This document shows, piece by piece, positions 34,721 to 43,602 of a DNA stretch of 64,000 nucleotides. Source of the stretch: an uncultured Acidobacteriota bacterium. Its GTDB lineage: Bacteria > Acidobacteriota > Terriglobia > Acidiferrales > UBA7541. The notes beneath the pieces were generated by a model, which made no database searches, was not told the DNA's origin, and worked only from the letters and a program-made list of their open reading frames with translations. Location: NCBI GenBank assembly GCA_963772535.1, contig CAVYXN010000005.1:161408-225407 (forward strand). Direction: 5' to 3'. Each line of letters opens with the position of its first letter. Position 1 is the first letter of the stretch. The position numbers were made by a program, and so were the translations under genes.

Positions 34721-36997
34721 TCACCAGCCGCGCGCGATCGCGGCGACGATGCGGCCGAGCGCGTCCACATCGCGGGTATCGACCACCTCAGCGGGCGAGT
34801 GCGAATAACGCAACGGCCAGCCGAGCGCAACGTCGATCGAGCCATAACGAACGAACGCGGAGCCATCGTTGCCGCCGCCCGTGACGCCGAACTGCGCGGG
34901 AATCTGATTGTCGCGAGCGAGCTTCAGCACCTTATCGACGAGCGCACGCGGAACGATATTCGAATTGTCAACGGCGCGGACGACGAAGCCTTTGCCGACT
35001 TGAGCGTCGCCAAATCGTTTTGATTCGAGCGGCGAATCGGCGCTGACGAAAGTATCGATCGCAAAGACGAAATCCGGCGCGCGCCCCTGAGATGCCAGGC
35101 TTTTGGCCAGCGCGCCAGCGCCGACCAGGCCGAGCTCTTCGCCCGTCGAGAAAACGAATGTTATATCGCGGTCTTTCACCGGATTGCCCAGGGCCCAGAG
35201 AGCTGCGATTAATGCGGTGTCTCCCACGCGGTCGTCGAAACTGCGGCCATTCGCGCGCGTGCCAAGCAGCGGCCGGTAGGCTTTCGGAATGGTGATCGAA
35301 TCACCCACGCGAATGCCCAGCTTCTCCACTTCTTCGGGGGTTCGCGCGCCGACGTCCACGCGATAGGATTTGGGACCGGAATCGGAGGGCCACTGAAATT
35401 TCGGCGTGTCCCAATTTTCAGGCAGCTCCATCACTGCTTCGCGGTCTCCGCTGCCGGTGTGGACAAGCGCCGGGTGGCCGGAGAAATAACTTTGAACTCC
35501 TCCGCCTTTCCAAACCACTTCGAGGCGCCCATCGGAGGCTATGGATTTCACTTCGAAGCCGATTTCGTCCATGTGCGCGATGACAAGCACGCGAGGCGCC
35601 TTCGATCCGGAAGGTGCAATTCCAACCCGCACGATCAGATTTCCCGCCGCGTCAGTCTCAGCCGCTGCCCAGGCGGGAAGCAGCGACCGCACCATGTCCC
35701 GAACTCGCTCTTCGTGATTGCTTACGCCGTAGGCTTCGGTTAAATGTTGCAAGACTTCCGTGGCGGATGAAGCATTTGGGCTGCTCTTGGTCTGGCGTTC
35801 GGCGGCAGTGGCCGTGGATTTCTCTTCGAGCTTGAAAGGAGATCTACCGGAAGCCTGCGTGTAATCCGCGAGAAGCTTCACGAGATTATCGAAGTCGGCC
35901 GCATTGATGGTTTCAGCGGGCGTATCGGCCCACGCAGTAGCAACGCCAAGGTGAGCCGACTTCGCCGGCATTTGCGGCGGAGGCAGATAGCTCGGCGGAA
36001 TAACGGGAGCCGAATAGTCCGCCACGAATGGAATCTTGCTCGTGTCGGCAAGCTGTTTCAGTTCAGCTGCGAATCCGTTGGGCGCCGCCTTGGCTTCCTC
36101 TCCCGCAAACAGCACGCCGCTGCCCGGTTCTTTTCGCGGGGCGCGACGCAGGTTTTCTGCGCCGGTAACCGGGCCGCCGGCAAAAAGGCGACCGACGTAG
36201 ATCATCTCGTCGAACTGCATTGTGGTGAGGATGCGCTGCAAGCCGCGCGCGCCAGTGCGCTGCTGAACAACTAAGGCAACGGTGACCGTGCCTTTCAGTT
36301 TTGCCGGATCGATGCGGCCAAGCAGCTCGAGAAGCGCTGCGGCGCCGAAGCGATCTCCCACGGCGGCGCCCGCAAATTCAGCGTCGGCGAGATTGAAAAG
36401 GCTGCGGGTGATAGCGATCGGGCTCAAAACATCCATGCCCGCTTTGCGGACTTCGTCGGCGGAGAATGCGCCGATGTCGATGTACATTTCGTCGAGATCA
36501 TTCGATTTCGGCGGGTTCGCACGGCCGGGTGCGAGATGCACGGACAAACCGGCAACGACGCCGTCAATCCACCCGCCTGCCGTCGTACCAACCTTTACGG
36601 GCTGCGCGGAGTACAGCTCATTGAACATCGGCGGCAGGCCGCCCTGCGGCAATCGTTGAACGCGCAGATAGCCATCGTCGGTGATGGCGCTGACGACGAA
36701 CCCGGGTTCGTCAATTCCGGTAACGAGCAGCCGATGCGGCGCACCGCTGCCCAGAGTGACAACGACGTCGCCGAGATTGTCCACCTGCGGATGAAACAGC
36801 GCGAGTTGCGAACGAAGCTGATCGACAAGCGGTTTTTCGTAGCCGGAAATCGCGATCGTGCCATCGAGCGAGTACAGGTTGGTAAAGCTAAGCTCGCGCT
36901 CATCTCGGTCTTGCGTCGACTGTGCGCCCGCAGGCGAAACGCTCGCGAGAAATAGCGCCGACAAGAGGCTGATGAGTATGAAGCGGTGAATTTTCAT
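34721..36997 (-). CDS. signal-peptide-bearing protein with two tandem M42-like (FrvX/TET aminopeptidase) domains
   Basis: Signal peptide MKIHRFILISLLSALFLASVSPAGAQ. C-terminal copy keeps AHMDEIGF, DDRVG, STGEELGLVGAG. N-terminal copy has GIDEPGF, GDRFG, VVQQRTGARG at the same relative positions. Confidence 0.75.
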   Translation of the reverse strand: MKIHRFILISLLSALFLASVSPAGAQSTQDRDERELSFTNLYSLDGTIAISGYEKPLVDQLRSQLALFHPQVDNLGDVVVTLGSGAPHRLLVTGIDEPGFVVSAITDDGYLRVQRLPQGGLPPMFNELYSAQPVKVGTTAGGWIDGVVAGLSVHLAPGRANPPKSNDLDEMYIDIGAFSADEVRKAGMDVLSPIAITRSLFNLADAEFAGAAVGDRFGAAALLELLGRIDPAKLKGTVTVALVVQQRTGARGLQRILTTMQFDEMIYVGRLFAGGPVTGAENLRRAPRKEPGSGVLFAGEEAKAAPNGFAAELKQLADTSKIPFVADYSAPVIPPSYLPPPQMPAKSAHLGVATAWADTPAETINAADFDNLVKLLADYTQASGRSPFKLEEKSTATAAERQTKSSPNASSATEVLQHLTEAYGVSNHEERVRDMVRSLLPAWAAAETDAAGNLIVRVGIAPSGSKAPRVLVIAHMDEIGFEVKSIASDGRLEVVWKGGGVQSYFSGHPALVHTGSGDREAVMELPENWDTPKFQWPSDSGPKSYRVDVGARTPEEVEKLGIRVGDSITIPKAYRPLLGTRANGRSFDDRVGDTALIAALWALGNPVKDRDITFVFSTGEELGLVGAGALAKSLASQGRAPDFVFAIDTFVSADSPLESKRFGDAQVGKGFVVRAVDNSNIVPRALVDKVLKLARDNQIPAQFGVTGGGNDGSAFVRYGSIDVALGWPLRYSHSPAEVVDTRDVDALGRIVAAIARGW

Positions 36998-37011
36998 CTC
37001 AAGTCACCATC

Positions 37012-38679
37012 CTAAGAAGCACGAGTTAGCTCGGCGATCAGGTCTTCGCGGTGGCCGAAGGCCATGTGGTCGATACCCTTGAGCACTACGGAATAGACTA
37101 CCCAGGCGACCGCGGCGAATGCCAGGAAAACAATTGTTGCGAGCCAGATTCGGTCGAAACTGCGGGCTGCCATGAGCGTGATCGCGGCGAGTCCAACGAC
37201 GACAATTTGAACGCCGAAGCTGGCGAAGACGGTGGTGTTGGAGGCGCGCTGGCGGCCGAAAGTGCCGTAGTCGATTTTCTTGGGAGAGGAAATCGAGAGG
37301 AGGTTGCCGACGGTGAGGTTGACGGGCAGCGCGAAGAGAATTCCAGCGACTGTGGCGAGAGTGGTTGCGAGAGCGGGCGGCTTGTAGATAAGGCTTGCGC
37401 CGATCCAGACGAGAACCATTTCGAGCGCGAGGATCGTGGAGTGCGCGAGATTTTTTGCCAGCATGACGGAACGAATGGGCACGGGCGCGGTGAAGTACAT
37501 CTGGACGCCGGCGCCTTCCGGCCCAAAGTTGTTGTACACCATATTCGTAAGAATCAGCAGAGCGTAGGCCGCGCCGATGGGAAACGCCATGTCCGACGAG
37601 CCGCCGAGAAAAGAGCCCGACCCTCTGTGAGAAGTGGAAGGCGTGAGCCGGAAAATAAAGAGAATGAACACCGGCATGATGAGCGTGAAAAGCATGGGGC
37701 CGCTGCGGGAAAAATAGCGAATTTCTTTCTCGAATATCGCTGCCACCGCGCCCGACATCCCCGGCAGCTTCCAGCCCACGCGAACAATTCCGCGTTCTCC
37801 AGGCGATGCCTTGAGCGCGGGCGCTTCGCTGAGATTTTCTCCCCGAAATTGAGCGCGCAGCCGGAGATGCAGGAACCAGAAAATCGCGGCGCCGTAGACG
37901 CCGAGAATGCCGAGGGTGCCGGCGGCGATCGCATAGTCCCCGTCGGCGGCGCTCGCGATCGCGGAAGCTGCCGTCCCGGGAGGCAGCAAGCGCTGAATCG
38001 GCAAGACTCGCTCCGCGAATTGCCGCAGGTCCGGATGCGCGCGGCGGCCGTAGCGACTCATCAGGGGACCAATCAGCTGAAAACTGATGATGAAGAGGAG
38101 GAAAAGCACGCCGAGGATTTCGCGGGTGCGGCGCTGGGCGAGCCATCGTTCCACCCAAGAGAAGATCATGCGGGCGAGCAGAATGTTTACCGCCGCAAAC
38201 AAGAGTAATGCGAGGGCGGCCCATGGGAGGAGGCCCGGGGAGGCCATTGCGACTCCGGCCGCGACTCCCAGGAGCCAGAGCGAGCTAAGCATGGTGGCCG
38301 GCTCAAGCGAACCGTAGACGATTCGAATCACCGCGAAGGAAGAATAGCTAAGCGGAAAGCGCAGGAGATTCGAGGTGTCGAAGTTATCGGTGAACGCGGT
38401 GGCGACGACGGGAAACAACTGCCAAAAAAGAAATATCGGCCAGAGGATCGCGGCGAGCCATTCCGTTTTGCCGCTCGAAACCGCGTAATAAGCGCCTACG
38501 GTTGCCGCCGCTAGACCTCCGATCCCGCCGGCAGCGAAGCCGAGCGTGATGAAAATGTGCGAGACAAGTTCGAGGCGGCCGCGAAGCGTGCGCAGTGAAT
38601 TGACGAAGAGCTGCCAGCGGACGCGAGCGATGGCGGCAAGCTGTTCGCGGACGCCAGGAGCGAGATTCAACTCAGCCAC
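37012..38679 (-). CDS. ABC-2-type transporter permease (putative), polytopic membrane protein
   Basis: 555 aa with many hydrophobic segments. Overlaps the upstream ATPase gene by 13 nt on the same strand. Confidence 0.65.
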   Translation of the reverse strand: MAELNLAPGVREQLAAIARVRWQLFVNSLRTLRGRLELVSHIFITLGFAAGGIGGLAAATVGAYYAVSSGKTEWLAAILWPIFLFWQLFPVVATAFTDNFDTSNLLRFPLSYSSFAVIRIVYGSLEPATMLSSLWLLGVAAGVAMASPGLLPWAALALLLFAAVNILLARMIFSWVERWLAQRRTREILGVLFLLFIISFQLIGPLMSRYGRRAHPDLRQFAERVLPIQRLLPPGTAASAIASAADGDYAIAAGTLGILGVYGAAIFWFLHLRLRAQFRGENLSEAPALKASPGERGIVRVGWKLPGMSGAVAAIFEKEIRYFSRSGPMLFTLIMPVFILFIFRLTPSTSHRGSGSFLGGSSDMAFPIGAAYALLILTNMVYNNFGPEGAGVQMYFTAPVPIRSVMLAKNLAHSTILALEMVLVWIGASLIYKPPALATTLATVAGILFALPVNLTVGNLLSISSPKKIDYGTFGRQRASNTTVFASFGVQIVVVGLAAITLMAARSFDRIWLATIVFLAFAAVAWVVYSVVLKGIDHMAFGHREDLIAELTRAS

Positions 38680-39497
38680 GAAAGCTCCTGATCCGCAGGA
38701 CGAGCGCCGCCGACGATGCGCAGGAAAATCTGTTCGAGCGTGAGCTTTTCCCCTGGCGCGGCGACTGCCGGCGCGTGCCCTCCATCGCTCGGCAGCGCGG
38801 CAGCGGCTTGCGCTTCGACGCCAGCGCGAAGTTCTTCGAGCGAGCCCTGCGCGACGAGCCTTCCGCGATGGATGATAGCCAGATGGCTGCAGAGACGTTC
38901 GACAATCTCGAGCACATGCGAGGTAAGAAAAATCGTGGCGCCGCGCGAGATCATGCTTTGGAGCATCGCTTTGAGAGTGCCGGAAGCGATTGCGTCAACA
39001 CCTTCGAACGGCTCATCGAGAAAAAGAATTTTGGGGCCGTGGATGACGGCGGCGGCCAGGGCCAATTTTTTCTGCATGCCCTGGGAGTAGTCAGTGACGA
39101 GCTTTTTCGGCTGGTCGGCGAGCTGCATGAAATCGAGGAGTTCGGCGGCGCGCTTGGCGGCGGTCTCGCGGTCGAGGCCGTACATGCGGCCGACGAAATT
39201 CAAATACTCGGCGCCGGTGAGGCGTCCGAAGAGGGCCATGCCTTCGGGCACGACTCCAATTTGGCGCTTCACTTCGAGCGGATCCGCAGCGAGATCGAGG
39301 CCAAGGATCTCGATGCGCCCCGCGGTGGGAGCGAGGAGGCCGGTGAGCATCTTGATGGTGGTGGATTTTCCGGCGCCGTTGGGCCCGAGGAAACCGAAGA
39401 ATTGACCCGGGGCGACGCGCAGGTTTACGTCTTCTACGGCGGTGAGGGGGCCGAAGCGGCGCGTCAACCCATCGGTGGCGATTGCGGAGGGATTCAT
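38667..39497 (-). CDS. ABC transporter ATP-binding protein
   Basis: Starts at ATG 39497 (MNPSAIATDGLTRRFG). Walker A GPNGAGKST, signature YSQGMQKKL, Walker B ILFLDEPFEGVD. The longer listed ORF (to 40064) runs through non-coding repeats. Confidence 0.9.
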   Translation of the reverse strand: MNPSAIATDGLTRRFGPLTAVEDVNLRVAPGQFFGFLGPNGAGKSTTIKMLTGLLAPTAGRIEILGLDLAADPLEVKRQIGVVPEGMALFGRLTGAEYLNFVGRMYGLDRETAAKRAAELLDFMQLADQPKKLVTDYSQGMQKKLALAAAVIHGPKILFLDEPFEGVDAIASGTLKAMLQSMISRGATIFLTSHVLEIVERLCSHLAIIHRGRLVAQGSLEELRAGVEAQAAAALPSDGGHAPAVAAPGEKLTLEQIFLRIVGGARPADQELSWLS

Positions 39498-39580
39498 GTG
39501 GTTTTTGACTCTAGCATAGAGGTTGAAAGGCTCGGAAGGTGGCAGCGGTGCTGGGGCGTGGGAACCGGCCGCAGAAAGTG

Positions 39581-39847
39581 CCCGATTTGTCTCGATTAGA
39601 AATTGGGATTGGTTTTGTTTTGTTGAGGTTACCCGGATTTTTAATCGCGGTGTCTCGATTAGGTTCTGGAAGCTGGAGGCTCCACGGTGGATGCCGGAGG
39701 AGGAAAGCTGGGGCGTAAGAAGAGGAGTGGCAGAGGGCTGAAATGCTTCGCGAAAAAGTGTGAAAAATTTGCGATTAGAAAATTTTAGTTCGTTGATTCT
39801 TATTGGGCTTAGTTCGAGTTTTAATTCCGGATTTGCGATTAGAAACT
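39581..39847 (+). repeat. four direct copies of a (CC)GGATTTG(TCT)CGATTAGAAA-type motif in an AT-rich spacer
   Basis: Copies at 39581-39604, 39632-39665, 39765-39784 and 39826-39847. The core CGATTAGAA occurs 3 times and CGATTAGG once. Confidence 0.7.
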
Positions 39848-40205
39848 GACGGAGAGATTTGACCGGTAGCGATGCAGCGGTTTCGATACGGCAACTGCTC
39901 GGCTTAGCAACAGCGCACAGGCCCTTCGGAGGCTGTGGGCCTCCTCTGGGTAAACAAGAGTGCCCGCCACGGCGGGCAGGCCTGTGCCACTTAAGGCGGG
40001 GTGCCAGGCGAGGATTTCCCTTGTTGGCCGGAGTGGCGGCTGATAGTGACGTTCGCGTCATCATATAAAAACGGGCAATGGTAGCACGGATTTGGGCAGT
40101 TGCATATCCAGAAGGACGCTTACTGGTGGGGAACTCGGGAGGGCGCCTGTCCCACTCTCCCCAGAAAGAGCGAAGAGTGGGATGCCGCCAGGTACGACTG
40201 GCTGA

Positions 40206-41129
40206 TTACTCGATATTTTCGCGCACGGTGAGAACGGGGCACAGGGCATGCGCGACTACTTTGTGAGCGGTGGCGCGTGCGAGATGCGTGGCCGCGCCGA
40301 TGCGGCCCGTAGCGTCGCGAACACCCAGGACGATTAGGTCGGACGATCGGTCTTTGGCTAGCGCCAGAATTCGATCGGCAGGGTCTCCATATTCCACGAG
40401 CGATTCTGGAGGGAAGTGGAGGTCGGCGTCCTTCGGAACCGTTTCGTAAAGCTGATGAATGGCCTCGGCGACGGACAACTCGAATCGCCGCTGATCGTTT
40501 TCGTTGCGGCTGTTGATGTTGCGCAATTCGGGTGTGCGCATGACGTGGAGCAATACGAGCCTGGCATTATTTTCCTGCGCCAATGAGATGGCATAAGGAG
40601 CGGCGGCCAAAGAGGCGTCAGTGAAATCCGTCGGGAAAAGCACGCGATGAAATCGTCCGCCGGTATGGACGCTACTGCGGACATCCGGACCGATCGTGAG
40701 CACAGGGACGGGCGAGCGGCGGAAAATTTCTTCGGCGACGGAACCCATGAAGAATTTGTCCGCGCCGGTGCGGCCGTGGGTGCCCATCACGATGAGATCG
40801 ATGTGCTTCTCTCTGATCGTTTTCTGGACTGCGTCCCAGAGGTCAATGCTCCAGTCCACGATCGTTTCGTGCTCCAAACCAGTCAGCTGCGAGTCGATGC
40901 GGGCCTTGGCAGCCTGCTCACCGGTTTCGATGGCAGCGATTGCCAGCTTCGCCGGTGCGCCACAAACATTCGGATCGGGAGTGAAGACATGCAGCGCATA
41001 CACTCTGGCGCCGTACCCGCGGGCGATGCTGGTTGCGAAGGGTAGTGCCACCTCGGAGGGTTCTGAGAAATCGGTCAGGAATAATATATTCTTAATCGAG
41101 ATTCCCGTGCTGCATTCAACTTTCTCCAT
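40206..41129 (-). CDS. universal stress protein with two tandem UspA domains
   Basis: NILFLTDFSEPSEVAL...LIVMGTHGRTG and a second copy VLFPTDFTDASL...LIVLGVRDATGRIG. Confidence 0.88.
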   Translation of the reverse strand: MEKVECSTGISIKNILFLTDFSEPSEVALPFATSIARGYGARVYALHVFTPDPNVCGAPAKLAIAAIETGEQAAKARIDSQLTGLEHETIVDWSIDLWDAVQKTIREKHIDLIVMGTHGRTGADKFFMGSVAEEIFRRSPVPVLTIGPDVRSSVHTGGRFHRVLFPTDFTDASLAAAPYAISLAQENNARLVLLHVMRTPELRNINSRNENDQRRFELSVAEAIHQLYETVPKDADLHFPPESLVEYGDPADRILALAKDRSSDLIVLGVRDATGRIGAATHLARATAHKVVAHALCPVLTVRENIE

Positions 41130-41212
41130 AAATCACCTCGTGGTTGAAACCTTATAGCGGCGCAGGTTCGTCGTCCGTGATCCTCGCTACAATTACTTGT
41201 GACTCATCCGGC

Positions 41213-42316
41213 TTAAGGACGAATCGCAATCTTTATTACGCCGTCCCGCCGCTCGCCGAAAAGTTTGTAGGCATCTGTTATGCGGTCGAGCGGATACGTG
41301 TGCGTGAGGAACGGCAAAAAATCCAGTTTTCCATGCCGAACCAGCTCCATCAGTCTTCGCATACGCTCTTTTCCGCCGGGGCAGAGCGTGGTGACGATCT
41401 TGTGATCTCCAAGTCCCGCGGCGAGCGGCTCACGTGGGAGCGAGAGTTTTTCCGAGTAGACGCCCAGGCTTGAGAGCGTGCCGCCGGGCCGCAGAACGCG
41501 AAGCGCATTTTCGAAGGTGGCTTGGGTGCCTAGGGCTTCGATTGCGACGTCAACACCTTGGCCATGGGTTAGCCGCTTTATCTCGGCCACAACATCCTGT
41601 TTGCGGTGGTTGAGCACGATGTCCGCGCCCATTTGTCTCGCCATCACGGTGCGAGTGGGATCGGATTCGACAGCGATAATCAGAGCGGCCCCCTTCAGCT
41701 TTGCTCCTGCCGTCGCACAAAGCCCGATGGGTCCCTGAGCAAAAACCGCGACCGAATCGCCAATTTGAATGTTTCCACTCTCGGCTGCGGAAATTCCTGT
41801 GGAGGCGATATCGGAGAGAAGCACAACCTGCTCGTCGCGAAGGTCGTCCGGAATCTTGGCCAAATTCGCCTGCGCGAAGGGAACCAGCAGGTATTCGGCT
41901 TGCGCGCCGTTGATCGTATTGCCGAATCGCCAGCCGCCGATGGGGCCGCCGCATTGAGAGAGATTGCCTCGGAGGCAATCGAAGCATTGTCCGCAGGGCG
42001 TGATGGCGCCGACCAATACGCGCTCGCCCACTTTGTATCCGGTAACACCGAGGCCGAGTTCGTGGATCACTCCGACGGGCTCGTGGCCGATTGTGAGGCC
42101 GGGCTTGACGGGATATTCGCCCTTGAGAATATGGAGATCGGTGCCGCAGATCGTGGTGAGAGTGACGCGGATGACGGCTTCGCCAGGACCGGGTCGGGGG
42201 ATGGGGACATCCTCGATATCTATTTGGTTCGGCCCACGGAAGACGAGGGCTTTCATTGTCTTGGCTTCGTTGAGGCGATGGTCGAGGAGAATTTCTTGCG
42301 TTGTGGTGGTCATCAT
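41213..42316 (-). CDS. zinc-dependent alcohol dehydrogenase family oxidoreductase
   Basis: MKALVF...ICGTDLHILKGEYP, GHEPVGV, CGQCFDCLRG (structural Zn Cys cluster), AVFAQGPIGL Rossmann motif. Start may be MKAL at 42256. Confidence 0.88.
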   Translation of the reverse strand: MMTTTTQEILLDHRLNEAKTMKALVFRGPNQIDIEDVPIPRPGPGEAVIRVTLTTICGTDLHILKGEYPVKPGLTIGHEPVGVIHELGLGVTGYKVGERVLVGAITPCGQCFDCLRGNLSQCGGPIGGWRFGNTINGAQAEYLLVPFAQANLAKIPDDLRDEQVVLLSDIASTGISAAESGNIQIGDSVAVFAQGPIGLCATAGAKLKGAALIIAVESDPTRTVMARQMGADIVLNHRKQDVVAEIKRLTHGQGVDVAIEALGTQATFENALRVLRPGGTLSSLGVYSEKLSLPREPLAAGLGDHKIVTTLCPGGKERMRRLMELVRHGKLDFLPFLTHTYPLDRITDAYKLFGERRDGVIKIAIRP

Positions 42317-42459
42317 GGGCTCCTCCTTTCAATTGGTCTATGCCTTTTTACTCCGGAGCGAAAAATCAGGGTATGACCGGGGTCACGGCCGTTCGTGACG
42401 GACATCACTTCGTTTCATAAGTGATTGCGCGAAGATGGATTTGCCAAAAGGAGGCGGCC

Positions 42460-42546
42460 ATGGTTTATCAAGATTTTTTCTTTCTACTGTTGATGGTCAT
42501 CTTTCTTTACTTCGCCAAGCGAGAAGCGGGACATGGGAAGCATTGA
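42460..42546 (+). CDS. candidate 28-aa single-TM mini-protein (below the ORF-track length cut-off)
   Basis: GGAGG at 42450-42454, 5 nt before ATG 42460. Encodes MVYQDFFFLLLMVIFLYFAKREAGHGKH. Ends 43 nt before the cytochrome c gene on the same strand. Confidence 0.35.
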   Translation: MVYQDFFFLLLMVIFLYFAKREAGHGKH

Positions 42547-42589
42547 AGGCGTGCTTGACTGACTCAGCCACGAAGCTTGGGGGTGGCAC

Positions 42590-43423
42590 ATGAGAATCGG
42601 CGGATGGAGAGCGGGCATCGCTGCCTGCGCCTTGTTCGGATTCGCGCTGGTTTGTGCGTCGCGCGGGGCCCCCGGCGTACCGGCACAACAGCAACAGGAG
42701 TCAGCCAAAGAATATCAACAGCTAATTCGATCCGTGGAAGGACCAGACCTGTTCCGGGCGTATTGCGCGTCGTGCCACGGGAAAGACGGGAAGGGAAACG
42801 GGCCAGTGGCACCTACGCTGAAGGCAACGGTTCCGGACCTGACGATAATCGCGGTTAGCAACGACGGGAATTTTCCGGTGGCGCGGATGAAGAGGATCAT
42901 TATGGGCGAGGGAATGATCACTTCGCATGGGTCGCGCGAGATGCCGGTGTGGGGGCCAATCTTTCATCAAGTTGAGGAGGACGTTGACCGGGGAAACGTC
43001 AGGGTAGAAAACCTGATTGCTTACCTGCAATCGATACAGACAGATCATTCTCGTGTTCACGCCACGGAAACAAAGCCAATCAAGAAGCCGATGGAAGAAG
43101 TTGGGCTTTCTGGCGAGAAGCTCTACAAGCAAGACTGTGCTGTGTGCCATGGGAATGACCTGAAGGGAAATGGGCCTGCTCCACCACCATTCATGGATGT
43201 GCCGCCCGATCTGACCAAACTCGCCAAGAGTCACGGAGGAAAATTCCCGGAGAAATATTTCGAGGATGTGCTGCGGAACGGAGTGGTGATACCCGCACAC
43301 GGTTCGCCGGAGATGCCGACGTGGGGCGCGGATTTCAGAACCAGAGAGCATTTGGATTCGACCCAAGTGACGCTACGGATTACGAACCTGAGCGACTACA
43401 TCAAATCGCTGCAGGAAAAATAG
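42590..43423 (+). CDS. dihaem c-type cytochrome, exported
   Basis: Signal peptide, then two CxxCH motifs (CASCHGKDGKGNG and CAVCHGNDLKGNG), each followed by a distal EMP(V/T)WG Met context. Confidence 0.88.
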   Translation: MRIGGWRAGIAACALFGFALVCASRGAPGVPAQQQQESAKEYQQLIRSVEGPDLFRAYCASCHGKDGKGNGPVAPTLKATVPDLTIIAVSNDGNFPVARMKRIIMGEGMITSHGSREMPVWGPIFHQVEEDVDRGNVRVENLIAYLQSIQTDHSRVHATETKPIKKPMEEVGLSGEKLYKQDCAVCHGNDLKGNGPAPPPFMDVPPDLTKLAKSHGGKFPEKYFEDVLRNGVVIPAHGSPEMPTWGADFRTREHLDSTQVTLRITNLSDYIKSLQEK

Positions 43424-43550
43424 CATTCTATCGAAGAATTTCCCGCCGAAGTAGAAGCCGAGAGTCGCGGAGTCTTCGCTTCCCCACGCAGAAGCGGTGA
43501 GGCCAGCCTCGGTCCGAAGAAGCATCCGGGCTCATTCAGTTGGATTCCCA

Positions 43551-43602
43551 GGGCTGAAGCCCATTCTTGCTATGACGCTCTTTCGCTGGACTGAAGTCCA
43601 GC
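43551..43602 (+). repeat. REP-like pair of UGAA-capped hairpins
   Basis: GGGC-TGAA-GCCC (43551-43562) and GCTGGAC-TGAA-GTCCAGC (43585-43602) in a 260-nt gap between convergent genes. Confidence 0.5.

Noticed and set aside
39696-40005. RNase P RNA-like strings: GGAGGAGGAAAGCTGGGG, GCAACAGCGCACAG, GGGTAAAC, GGGGTGCCAGGCGAGG.
   Set aside because: The P4 core GAGGAAAGUCC is not matched. The pieces are in the wrong order relative to bacterial type A RNase P RNA. They are interrupted by AT-rich direct repeats, and no ACAGAAxCCGGCUUA-like 3' element is present. I also saw no tmRNA or SRP signature in this region.
39498-40064. N-terminal 189 codons of listed ORF 38667-40064, which would make a 465-aa ABC protein.
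   Set aside because: The ATPase domain begins cleanly at ATG 39497 (MNPSAIATDGLTRRFG). The upstream translation runs through the AT-rich CGATTAGAA repeats and hairpins and has no protein-like character.
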